Below, one piece after another: positions 27,650 to 36,532 of a stretch of DNA of 64,000 nt. Every line of letters starts with the position of its first letter. Within the stretch, counting starts at the first letter, position 1. Below the pieces are notes generated by a model that had not been told where the DNA came from, made no database searches, and was given only the letters and a program-made list of their open reading frames with translations. The DNA is from Candidatus Spongiisociaceae bacterium. GTDB taxonomy: Bacteria; Actinomycetota; Acidimicrobiia; Spongiisociales; Spongiisociaceae. Location: contig OZ241841.1 in assembly GCA_965202665.1 (NCBI GenBank), positions 2,208,001 to 2,272,000 of the forward strand, read 5' to 3'. The position numbers were made by a program, and so were the translations under genes.

Positions 27650-30600
27650 CCGCCTCCCGCAGGCATTTTCCCCCTGTTTTCGCCACCAATCGAGCCGGGA
27701 CCGAAACCCGGGCGGGGGAGCGGGTGGCGGACGAGATCAACCGGTTGCTGTCCGGGATGCGTACCCAACTGGCCGACGCCCCCCGTCTGGCCATCGCCAC
27801 CGCTTTTCTAAATACGGGCGGATATGAACTGCTGGCCGACGAACTGGAGCAGGCCCCCCGGGTGCGCCTGCTGTTGGGGGCGGAACCGGACATTTCCGCC
27901 ACCCGGCCCGTCCTGCGGCGCATATCCAAAGAGCAGATCGGGGAAGCTCTGCGGCGGCACGAGCAGTGGCTGGCCTCCGAACGGGATTTGACCGGTTTCA
28001 CCCGGGAGGCCGACCGAGCCGCCCGGCGGATGGTGAAATGGCTGCAGGCTAAAACCGAAGCGGGGGAGCGGCGGGTGGAAGTGCGCCGGTACGCGGACGG
28101 GTTTTTGCACGGCAAAGCGTTCATCACCGAGCATCCCAGCTTGCCGGCGGTGCTGGCCGGGTCGTCCAACTTCACATACGCCGGGCTGGCGTCCAACGCC
28201 GAACTCAACCTGGGATACCCGTCCGGGGAGCACACCCATCTGGTGCAGGAATGGTTCAACGAACTGTGGGAACACTCCGCCCCCTACCGGTTGGACGAGT
28301 TGTACGCCGCCCGCTGGGAACCGCACGCCCCATGGCTGATTTTCCTGCGGATGCTGTGGGAACTGTACGGCGGGCATTTTGACGAAGACGACGACCTCCG
28401 GGCCCGCACCGAACTGGGACTGACCGGTTTCCAGCGGGAAGGGGTGGCCCGCATGTTGCGCATTTTGGAGGAGCACGGCGGGGTGATCGTGGCCGACGAA
28501 GTCGGTTTGGGGAAAACGTTTATGGCCGGTGAGGTGATCAAACGGGCCGCTTCCGTCAGCCGCCAGCAGGTGCTGGTCATCGCCCCCGCCGCCCTCAAAG
28601 CCGGAATGTGGGAGCCGTTTCTGAAACAATACGATTTTCCCCGCCGGGTGGAAGTGATGTCCTACGAAGAGTTCCGCAACCGCTGGGGGGACGCGGAACG
28701 GGAAGCAATGCGCAGCCAGTTGGACGAATACGCCCTGGTGGTGGTGGACGAAGCCCACAATTTGCGCAATCCGAACGCCCAGCGCACCGAAGCGGTCAAC
28801 GCCCTGGTGGGCGGCTCCCATCCCAAACGGCTGATGTTGCTCACCGCCACCCCGGTCAACAACACCCTGTTCGACCTTCATTCCCTGGTGTCGCTGTTCA
28901 TCCGCAACGACGCAGCTTTCGCAGCCCGGGGCATCCCCTCCATCTACCAATACATAAAAACCGCCGAAGAAATGGATCAGGACGCCCTTTCCCACGAGCA
29001 CCTGTTCGACCTGTTGGATCAGGTGGCGGTGCGCCGCACCCGCCGTTTTGTCAAAAAGCACTATCGGGGCGAAAAGATCAAAGACCACCGGGGCGAGGAG
29101 AAAACCATCCAGTTCCCCCAGCCGGAGTTGAAAAGACTGGACTACGACCTTGACCAGGCGGGTCTGGAGTTGGTGGAAGCGGTCGTTTACGCGTTGGAGA
29201 ACTCCGAAGAGGACGCCCTCCGCTACGAGGAACGCCAGCGCGATCCGGACCGGTTGATGCTGGCCCGTTACACCTCCGGGGCCTACCACATGGAAGCGAA
29301 CCACGAATTCGACTATCAGGTGTCCAACGCCGGGTTGCTCCGCTCCACCCTGCTGAAAAGGCTGGAATCATCCCCCATCGCTTTGGCCAACACTTTGGGG
29401 AGAATGGTTGAATCCCATCGGGCTTTCCTGGAGGCGTTGGCGGAAGGCTGGGTGCTGGCGGGTGAAGCCCTGCGGGAATGGACCTCCTCCGATGCGGAAG
29501 ACTTCGACGAGTTTCTGGAAGGGTTGGACGACCGCGCCTCCGCCGGGGCGGACCCCGTCGACCGCTATCACGTAGCAGAATTGCGAGAAGACGTGGAAAG
29601 CGACTTGGAAATGCTGGGCCGGTTGCGGGAGCGGGTCGGGGAGGCGGCGGACGGGCCCAACCCCAAATTGGACAAGTTGCTGGAAAGGCTGGGGGAGATC
29701 GCCGCCGAAGCCTGTTTGGTCAGCCGGGACGGGGTCAGTTCGGGGAACCGGCGCAAAACCATCGTTTTCTCCAGTTTCGCCGACACCATTAAGTCGGTGG
29801 CCGAAAAGGTGTCGGTGCGGGTGGTGAACTGCGCCGACGACGATCCGCTGGCCGACTTCCGGCAACGGATAGCGAAGCCGGTGTTCGGGGCCAAAAGGGG
29901 ATTCAATCCGGAAACGCGGGCCCGCATTATCGCCGGGTTCGCCCCCGAAACGGCGGGCGGGAGCAAAGGGGGCGAAGATAAATACGACCTGCTGTTCACC
30001 ACCGACATCCTGTCGGAAGGGGTGAACCTGCAACAGGCGGGGCGGATCATCAACTACGACCTGCCTTGGAATCCGATGCGGGTGGTGCAACGGCACGGGC
30101 GCATCGACCGGATCGGTTCTCTGCACAGCCGGGTGTTCATCGACTGCTTCTTCCCTTCCGCCCATCTGGACCGGCTGCTGGGGCTGGAGGCGAGGCTGCG
30201 CCGCAAACTGGCTTTGGCGGACGCGGCGGTGGGAACCGGGCAGGTGTTGCCCGGATTCGAATCGGGCGACGCGAAAGTGTTCAGCGACATTGAACGGTTG
30301 CGGTGGGAAGACGCCGGTTTTCTGGAAGAACGGGGAGGGGCGGCGGCCCTGTCCGGCGAAGAATACCGGCGGCGGTTGCGGGCGGCCGCCGCCCACGCCT
30401 CGGCCGAAATGGAACAAGCGCGGGCGTTGCCCTACGGCTCCGGCTCCGGTTTCATCAACCCCCGTTTCGCCGGCTCCGGGTACGTGTTCTGCATCCGGGT
30501 GGGGGAGGGGGGAGGCCACCCGCCCCGGTTCCGGTTTGTTCCCGTCGACGGCGACTGGGGTCCCCTCCTGGACGGCGACGACCGGCCGGTTGTGAAATCG

Positions 30601-31074
30601 GATACGCTGACCGCGCTGGTGGCCGCCGACCCGGGGGATGAAACCGCCGCCCGGGAATTATCCGAGGTGGCCTACGACCGGGCTTTCGACGCCTGGGAGG
30701 CGGCCCGGGAGGACGTATACCGGGAGTGGATGCGCCTCACCGATCCCAGCAACCTGCGTCCCGACGTCCCCAAGGCGTTGCGGGAAGCCACCGAGATGGT
30801 GCACAAACATGGGGATGTCCTGACTACGGAAGACAGGGATGATCTGGTGAAACGGCTCAACACCCGCCCCAGCCGCCGCATAGTGAAAACCATCCGGGAG
30901 CTGGTCAGATCCGAGGAGGAGGCGCCGGCCGCCAAAATCCGGCGGTTGCGCCAGTTGGTGGAAGAAGCCGGCTTGCAACCCCCTGAAATCCCCGACCCCC
31001 TGCCGGAAATCACCCGGGACGACATCCACCTGGTGGCATGGACCGCCGTCAACGTCCCGGCCAAGTACAGTTAG
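27646..31074 (+). CDS. PLD-nuclease domain + SNF2-family helicase
   Basis: GTGA overlap; FLHGKAFITE...GSSNFT (PLD HxK), ADEVGLGKT, VVDEAHN, LTATP, SEGVNLQ, PWNPMRVVQRHGRIDRIG. Confidence 0.93.
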   Translation: MTASRRHFPPVFATNRAGTETRAGERVADEINRLLSGMRTQLADAPRLAIATAFLNTGGYELLADELEQAPRVRLLLGAEPDISATRPVLRRISKEQIGEALRRHEQWLASERDLTGFTREADRAARRMVKWLQAKTEAGERRVEVRRYADGFLHGKAFITEHPSLPAVLAGSSNFTYAGLASNAELNLGYPSGEHTHLVQEWFNELWEHSAPYRLDELYAARWEPHAPWLIFLRMLWELYGGHFDEDDDLRARTELGLTGFQREGVARMLRILEEHGGVIVADEVGLGKTFMAGEVIKRAASVSRQQVLVIAPAALKAGMWEPFLKQYDFPRRVEVMSYEEFRNRWGDAEREAMRSQLDEYALVVVDEAHNLRNPNAQRTEAVNALVGGSHPKRLMLLTATPVNNTLFDLHSLVSLFIRNDAAFAARGIPSIYQYIKTAEEMDQDALSHEHLFDLLDQVAVRRTRRFVKKHYRGEKIKDHRGEEKTIQFPQPELKRLDYDLDQAGLELVEAVVYALENSEEDALRYEERQRDPDRLMLARYTSGAYHMEANHEFDYQVSNAGLLRSTLLKRLESSPIALANTLGRMVESHRAFLEALAEGWVLAGEALREWTSSDAEDFDEFLEGLDDRASAGADPVDRYHVAELREDVESDLEMLGRLRERVGEAADGPNPKLDKLLERLGEIAAEACLVSRDGVSSGNRRKTIVFSSFADTIKSVAEKVSVRVVNCADDDPLADFRQRIAKPVFGAKRGFNPETRARIIAGFAPETAGGSKGGEDKYDLLFTTDILSEGVNLQQAGRIINYDLPWNPMRVVQRHGRIDRIGSLHSRVFIDCFFPSAHLDRLLGLEARLRRKLALADAAVGTGQVLPGFESGDAKVFSDIERLRWEDAGFLEERGGAAALSGEEYRRRLRAAAAHASAEMEQARALPYGSGSGFINPRFAGSGYVFCIRVGEGGGHPPRFRFVPVDGDWGPLLDGDDRPVVKSDTLTALVAADPGDETAARELSEVAYDRAFDAWEAAREDVYREWMRLTDPSNLRPDVPKALREATEMVHKHGDVLTTEDRDDLVKRLNTRPSRRIVKTIRELVRSEEEAPAAKIRRLRQLVEEAGLQPPEIPDPLPEITRDDIHLVAWTAVNVPAKYS
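31050..31069 (-). mobile_element. Orphan IS481-family terminal inverted repeat
   Basis: CAACGTCCCGGCCAAGTACA matches the reverse complement of the IS ends at 45342 and 60094; followed by target-like GTTAGG. Confidence 0.75.
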
Positions 31075-31156
31075 GGGCGGCCGCCGGGGGATGACCGACT
31101 CGGAAATCCGGGCGGACGCCGAACTAGCCGCCGCCGTTGCACGGGCGGGGTAGATA

Positions 31157-31651
31157 ATGGGGTGGATAATGATGTCGCAGGACGACCGGATACGACTCCC
31201 GGACGGGCGGGTAGCGGACGCTACCGGATGGCGGGCGGACATGGAACCGGTTCCGAACCGACCGGGCCGGGTGTCGTTGCTCGTTTCCCGTCCGCAGGAC
31301 GGCGACCCCGTTCGTTACCGAATCATCCGAGCGGACGACCAGGACGGGGAATCATTCCAGGCGTCGGCGGCGGAATCATTAGCCGACCGGATCGCCGCCG
31401 GTCGGATAGACGACATAGTTCGTATACGAACCGCCGGGCGCCCTGGTCGTCCCCGAACGGCCAGCGGCCTGCGCCTGGAAACCCTGGATGACCGGGATGG
31501 CGTCATCCGCATCCCCGCCCTCCGAATCACCGACCGAATCCGCCACCGGCGGGAACGACCGGCGGGCGTCCGCCCAGAACGGCGGGACCCGAGCCGGGCG
31601 GAACGCCGTAACATTAGGCGGGTAATCCGGCAAACCCGGCGGGGCAGATAA
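31157..31651 (+). CDS. Hypothetical Arg-rich protein in phage-like DNA
   Basis: 164-aa ORF between two IS481 ends; atypical dinucleotide usage. Confidence 0.5.
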   Translation: MGWIMMSQDDRIRLPDGRVADATGWRADMEPVPNRPGRVSLLVSRPQDGDPVRYRIIRADDQDGESFQASAAESLADRIAAGRIDDIVRIRTAGRPGRPRTASGLRLETLDDRDGVIRIPALRITDRIRHRRERPAGVRPERRDPSRAERRNIRRVIRQTRRGR

Positions 31652-31659
31652 TCAACATC

Positions 31660-31698
31660 AACAACCAAAACCCGTCACCAACCTCCCGGCCAAGTACA
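31660..31698 (-). mobile_element. Orphan IS481-family left end
   Basis: ACAACCAAAACCCGTCACCAACCTCCCGGCCAAGTACA closely matches the reverse complement of 60094-60131. Confidence 0.8.
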
Positions 31699-31755
31699 GG
31701 CAACCCCTACGCCCCCCTCAAATCCGAAGAGCCGCTAAAGACCGTAAGGCATGCG

Positions 31756-32043
31756 TTAACAGGTTCGGAGAGCCTTTACGGCGTCGGTTCCTTCGATAAA
31801 GTCGCCGTTCAGGTAGTCGCGGTACCCTTCAAACAAGGCTCCCATCGCCTCGGGATCCTGCAGGATGGAGAGGGTTTCTTCCAAAGATTCCATGTCTTCC
31901 CGCTCTTGGGCAGTCAGGCCGTTGACGCTACGCGCTTGCAATTCTGCGAGGGCGGCCTGCAGAGAGGCGATCTCCTGCGGGTCGCTCAACTTGCCGTTGT
32001 CGCGCTCTACCCGACCGATGAATTCTTGTGCTTTTTGGCGCAT
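31756..32043 (-). CDS. Second Phd/YefM-like small protein (paralog of 23044-23358)
   Basis: ESLEETLSILQDPEAMGALFEGYRDYLNG aligns with the first copy along its length. Confidence 0.7.
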   Translation of the reverse strand: MRQKAQEFIGRVERDNGKLSDPQEIASLQAALAELQARSVNGLTAQEREDMESLEETLSILQDPEAMGALFEGYRDYLNGDFIEGTDAVKALRTC

Positions 32044-32135
32044 TTGCGGGTTTCCTTTGATTGCCGTTGCTGTTTTCCAGGTAGCAGGCTGAGCGGTGGT
32101 GGGTAACCGCCCGCCAAACCGGTTTCTCCCCTGTC

Positions 32136-32522
32136 TGGCGGATATAGGATAATGGCCGGCCTTCGTCAGGCGGGACGGATACGATGGCTGACAGTTTGGC
32201 CGGGCTGACCGGTCGGCGGGTTCCGGTGGACGGCGCCGGCGCTCCCGCCGAGGCCCGGGATTTGCAGGCGGGGACGTTGGGGCGCATCGTTTGAGGCGTT
32301 GCCGGCCGGGACGTTCTGCTGGAACGGCTCAACACCCGCCCCAGCTGTCGCATCGTGAAAGCCATCCGGGAGCTGGTCAGATCCGAGCAGGCCGGGCCGG
32401 CCGCCAAAATCCGGCGGCTCCGCCAGTTGGTAAACAAAGCCGGCTTGCACCCCCCTGAAATCCCCGACCCCCCTGCCGAAAATCACCTGGGACGACATCC
32501 ACCTGGTGGCGTGGAGCGCCGT
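32136..32522 (+). pseudogene. Internally deleted remnant of the MTase-helicase operon
   Basis: 32136-32310 resembles 23401-23570 (promoter and MTase start); 32308-32522 resembles 30836-31050 (helicase end); frameshifted. Confidence 0.85.
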
Positions 32523-32564
32523 CCAAAGCGCGGCGGCCCGCTCATAGGCAAACCGGTAGCCGTA

Positions 32565-32610
32565 CAACAACCAACAACAACCCAAACCGTCGCCAACGTC
32601 CCGGCCAAGT
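32565..32610 (-). mobile_element. Degenerate orphan IS481 left end
   Basis: CAACAACCCAAACCGTCGCCAACGTCCCGGCCAAGT, lacking the terminal ACA. Confidence 0.7.
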
Positions 32611-32705
32611 CCTGGGTGGTACCAGAGTTACGGAGGGGCCCTCCGCCCGGTTCTACCCCGAAACCGCTACCCGCCCGCCCGCCGGGGCGAACCGGAAGAA
32701 ACCCG

Positions 32706-33068
32706 ACCGCGGCGGCCTGACAATCCCCGACCAGCCGGGTGGAATAGAACCGGAGGGGTTCGGTCGTCCGTCCTGGGCTAACCCGCCCAGCGTTCGCCCA
32801 GTATCCCCCCGGAGGGGCGGAGGAAATAGGGCAGAACCCGCCGGGTTACCGGTTCGTGGTTTCGACCCGTCCGGCCTGTTCGTCCTCCGTCCGGGGTTCT
32901 ACCGGGTAGTCCGGGCGGGGCGGAACGGGGTCGGCGGCGGTCGGGTAGTTCGGAACCCGATAGTTCGGGTCGGCGGCGCGCCGGATAATGTCGTGGGGGT
33001 TCGGGAATTTCGCGTCGGTCATCGTATCCTCCGGGTTTCTATCGGTCGGTTCTATTCTATTCCTCCGG
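32706..33068. repeat. 363-bp direct repeat, copy 1 (copy 2 at 33945-34307)
   Basis: Near-identical by eye; includes a 58-aa ORF (32846-33022, minus). Confidence 0.9.
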
Positions 33069-33279
33069 TATCCGGGCGCGGAGTTCCCCCGCCGGAGGGG
33101 GCGGTTCGTAATCCGTCATCGTTCCCGCCCTCCGGTACCCGGTCGGCGGTAGCGACGGGGGGCGAGTTTCTGTTCGGCTAGCGGTCGGGTTCGGGTTATC
33201 CGCCGGGGGATAACCGGAGTGGCGGCGGGGGATAATCCGCGCCGAGGATGCGGGTTCGGAAGTTGCGGAATCCGAAGGC

Positions 33280-33860
33280 GACGCGTTGATGAGGTTGTTG
33301 GCTGATTCGGTGGGTCCGTTGCTCACTCGGGCGTGATGCCAAGCGACGATCTGGGAATGCCAGGTGTGGAGGGTGCGTCCGAGTTGGTTGAGTTCGGGGG
33401 AGCAGGATTGGTCTTGGAGTTCCGCGGTGAGCAGGCGGGTGTATTGGTCGCCTTCGCCTGGATGGTGGGTTTGGTAGATTCCCCGTACGGTTTCTTTAGC
33501 GTGCCATGCGTCGCGTACTTCCCCGCGGGGTCTCCTGCTTGGAGGAGGCCGGTCAGTTTTTGCTCGCTGCGGGGGTGGAGTCGTTCGCGGGCGAGGGTGA
33601 GGAGTTTGCGTATCCGGTACAGGTCGTCGCCTTTCCTTCCCCGGTGCCCCAATGTTTCTTCTTGCACGCGGCGGCGCACCCGGTCCAGGCACAGGTTGGC
33701 CAGCCGGACGACGTGGAACGGGTCGGCGATCTGAACGGCGTTGGGCAACGCCCGCTGGTAGGCGGCCCGGTAAGCTCCGGACAGATCCAGGGTGGCCCAT
33801 CGTATTTTTCTCCCGCCGCCAGGCCGGCTGCTCCAGCAGCCACCGTACGGCTCCTTTAGC
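33280..33860 (-). pseudogene. ISL3-family transposase fragment (3' part, frameshifted)
   Basis: TLDLSGAYRAA, ADPFHVVRLAN, GHRGRKGDDLYRIRKLL, then SNGPTESANNLI in another frame. Confidence 0.85.
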
Positions 33861-34084
33861 GTCTTATTCCTGAGAAAACGTCGATCAGCCGACGGTTGCG
33901 GATGTCCACCGCCGCGGTTATCCATATCCGCCGTCGCCAACCCTACCGCGGCGGCCTGACAATCCCCGACCAGCCGGGTGGAATAGAACCGGAGGGGTTC
34001 GGTCGTCCGTCCTGGGCTAACCCGCCCAGCGTCCGCCCAGTATCCCCCCGGAGGGGCGGCGGAAATAGGGCAGAACCCGCCGGG

Positions 34085-34261
34085 TTACCGGTTCGTGGTT
34101 TCGACCCGTCCGGCCTGTTCGTCCTCCGTCCGGGGTTCTACCGGGTAGTCCGGGCGGGGCGGAACGGGGTCGGCGGCGGTCGGGTAGTTCGGAACCCGAT
34201 AGTTCGGGTCGGCGGCGCGCCGGATAATGTCGTGGGGGTTCGGGAATTTCGCGTCGGTCAT
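34085..34261 (-). CDS. Small Pro-rich hypothetical protein (58 aa, MTDAKFPNPHDII...)
   Basis: GGAGG RBS, ATG and TAA; below ORF-track cutoff; duplicated at 32846-33022. Confidence 0.55.
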   Translation of the reverse strand: MTDAKFPNPHDIIRRAADPNYRVPNYPTAADPVPPRPDYPVEPRTEDEQAGRVETTNR

Positions 34262-34295
34262 CGTATCCTCCGGGTTTCTATCGGTCGATTCTATT

Positions 34296-34625
34296 CTATT
34301 CCTCCGGGTCGCCCTCCGCTAGTTTTTCTACCCGATATAGTTCAGCGTCCGCGCGGAGTTCGTAATCCGATTTCCCGGCGATTTCGTCCGCGCGGTCGTG
34401 CAGGCGGGCTAATCCCGACCGGGCTACCCTCCGGGCGTATTCGTCCGGGTCGTTGCCGCCCGGCGTTCGGACGAACCCAGCGAGTTCGTCCTCCGAATAC
34501 GCGGCGAGCGTCGCGCCGAATATTCGTCCGATTTCGTCTGCTACCCGCCGGAGTTCGGCGCGTAACGCCCATTCTATCCGGGCGCGGAGTTCCCCCGCCG
34601 GTGGGGGCGGTTCGTAATCCGTCAT
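34296..34625 (-). CDS. Hypothetical protein (109 aa), phage-like
   Basis: Helical, charged sequence; ATGA overlap with the upstream ORF. Confidence 0.6.
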   Translation of the reverse strand: MTDYEPPPPAGELRARIEWALRAELRRVADEIGRIFGATLAAYSEDELAGFVRTPGGNDPDEYARRVARSGLARLHDRADEIAGKSDYELRADAELYRVEKLAEGDPEE

Positions 34626-34840
34626 CGTTCCCGCCCTCCGATCGGTTCGTCCTCCGTTACCCGGTCGGCGGTAGCGGACGGGAGGCGCGTTATTCGGCTA
34701 GCGGTCCGGTTTGGGTTATCCGTCGGGGGATAACCCGCGCCGAGTTCTATCCGCAGGGTTTCTACCCCCTTCGCCGAGTTCGCCGGTGGCGGTCGCCCGC
34801 CCTCCGCCGTATCGTCCGGCCTGGGTTCGTCCGTGATCAT
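34622..34840 (-). CDS. Small hypothetical protein (72 aa)
   Basis: GGAGG RBS, TATAAAAT upstream, ATGA coupling to the next ORF. Confidence 0.45.
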   Translation of the reverse strand: MITDEPRPDDTAEGGRPPPANSAKGVETLRIELGAGYPPTDNPNRTASRITRLPSATADRVTEDEPIGGRER

Positions 34841-35664
34841 CCGGGTATCCTCCGTTTGTTTCTATACCCCATCCGCGTACGGCCTATTTTATACGCCCGG
34901 CAGAATAACCTCAGTCCTCCACCCCGCCGCCCGCCCGGTCGTTTATCCGACCGGTTCGGGTCGGGCTACGGACATTCGAAAATTCCCGCCCCGCAGTTCG
35001 GGTTTCGGACGCGGCGGTTCGTAGTTCGGCGACAGCTTCCCGTCCAGCGGCGTTAGCCGAACCGGCGGTCGTCCGTAGTTCGGCGTCGGTCATCCTGTTC
35101 GGCGGGTAAAACCTCCGCCCCCGGCGACTGGGGCGGTCGGGACGGCGGGGTTTTACTTGTTTCCTCCGGCGAGCAGTCCGTCCGCGTATCCGTCCGTAAA
35201 GCCCGTCCGGAACCCGATGCGGTAATCGCCCGCAGCCCGATCGCCCTCGATGTCCGGGAATTCTTTGCCGCCCTCCGGCGGTTTGTCTATCCCGCCGCCG
35301 TTCGGGGCGAGTCCTGTTTGGAACCCAGCCGGTAGCCGTCTTAATAACCGGCGTTCCAGTGTTCGTTCGTCCTCCGCCGCGCGGCGGGGGGTTCGTCCTG
35401 TTCCATTCGGTTATTCGTTCGCGACCGGAGTCGTCCGGGCGGGAGTGGTGGTCGCCATCGTTCGTCCTTTCCACCGGGGCTATCCGGTCGGTTCGGCGTC
35501 CTCGGCGGCGGACGGAAGCCGTTGCCGGGTTATCCGCCGTTCGGTTTACATCCCCCGGTCCGGTTGCGTATCCTATGGGTTTCGGACAACTCAGGGCAGT
35601 CGGCAGAGACTTGGGGACCCTGGGTCCGTCATCGTTTCCGACATAGGGGTTCCGCCCCTTGTTT

Positions 35665-36495
35665 TCAGGGGTTGAGGGGGGAGTGCCGCCTCAGCCAGGA
35701 GAGGGTGAAATGGTTCCACTCGTCGGCCATTTCGTGGAAGGCTATGTGGCTGGAGGCGGGGCCGGTGAAAACGTGCATGGTGGAGCCGGGGATGCGCCGT
35801 TGCACCTCCAACCCGTAGCGGGTGGGCACCTGCCAGTCCGCCTCCCCGGAGGTGATCAGGGTCGGAACCTGGATCCGGTGCAGGCGGTCCAGCGCATCGT
35901 GCGTTTTGTCGGCGTGGAAATGCCCCAACATCCCCTGTTTGGTGGGCGGATGGGGATGCTCCAGGATGAACCCCCGCTCGAAAGCCTCCACGTCCTCCGG
36001 CCGTTCGTTGATGAAATGGGGGCTGGCCACCCACAGCAGCGCCGTCCTTATATATTGGGCGAAGTCGTCGTGCAGCACCGGCAACTCGTTGGTTTCGATC
36101 ATCCGGACGAACCATTCATCGGAACGCCCCCAGGTGCAGTGCAACTGCAGGGTGGCGACTTTGCGGGGATGGTTGACGGCCAACTCCTGGGCGGTGGCGC
36201 TCCCCAGCGACAACCCGGAAACGTGCGCCCGTTCCACCCCCAGATGGTCCAGCAGCGCCGCCGCGTCGTCCGCCAAAACCCGCATGGAATAAGACAGGGG
36301 GTCGGCGGGCTGGGAGGACTGGCCGGTCCCCCGGGCGTCGTAGGTGATCACCTGAAACTCCCCCCGGTAGGCCTCCACCTGCCCGGCCCACACGCCGTGG
36401 TCGGCGGCGGTCCCCATAATCAGCAACAGCGGATCCCCCGCTCCGGCCGTCTCGTAGAAAACGTTGATTCCGGTGGACAGGTCGGCGAACGGCAT
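35665..36495 (-). CDS. Alpha/beta-fold hydrolase
   Basis: YDARGTGQS, GLSLGS nucleophile elbow, GEAD, SSH catalytic His. Confidence 0.9.
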   Translation of the reverse strand: MPFADLSTGINVFYETAGAGDPLLLIMGTAADHGVWAGQVEAYRGEFQVITYDARGTGQSSQPADPLSYSMRVLADDAAALLDHLGVERAHVSGLSLGSATAQELAVNHPRKVATLQLHCTWGRSDEWFVRMIETNELPVLHDDFAQYIRTALLWVASPHFINERPEDVEAFERGFILEHPHPPTKQGMLGHFHADKTHDALDRLHRIQVPTLITSGEADWQVPTRYGLEVQRRIPGSTMHVFTGPASSHIAFHEMADEWNHFTLSWLRRHSPLNP

Positions 36496-36532
36496 AGTTG
36501 TTTCCTCCTCTCAGCGGGTTTCTTTCAGCGGG

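Noticed and set aside
9376-35600. tRNA-Ser as attachment site of an integrated island
   Set aside because: No duplicated tRNA 3' end and no integrase seen in the window.
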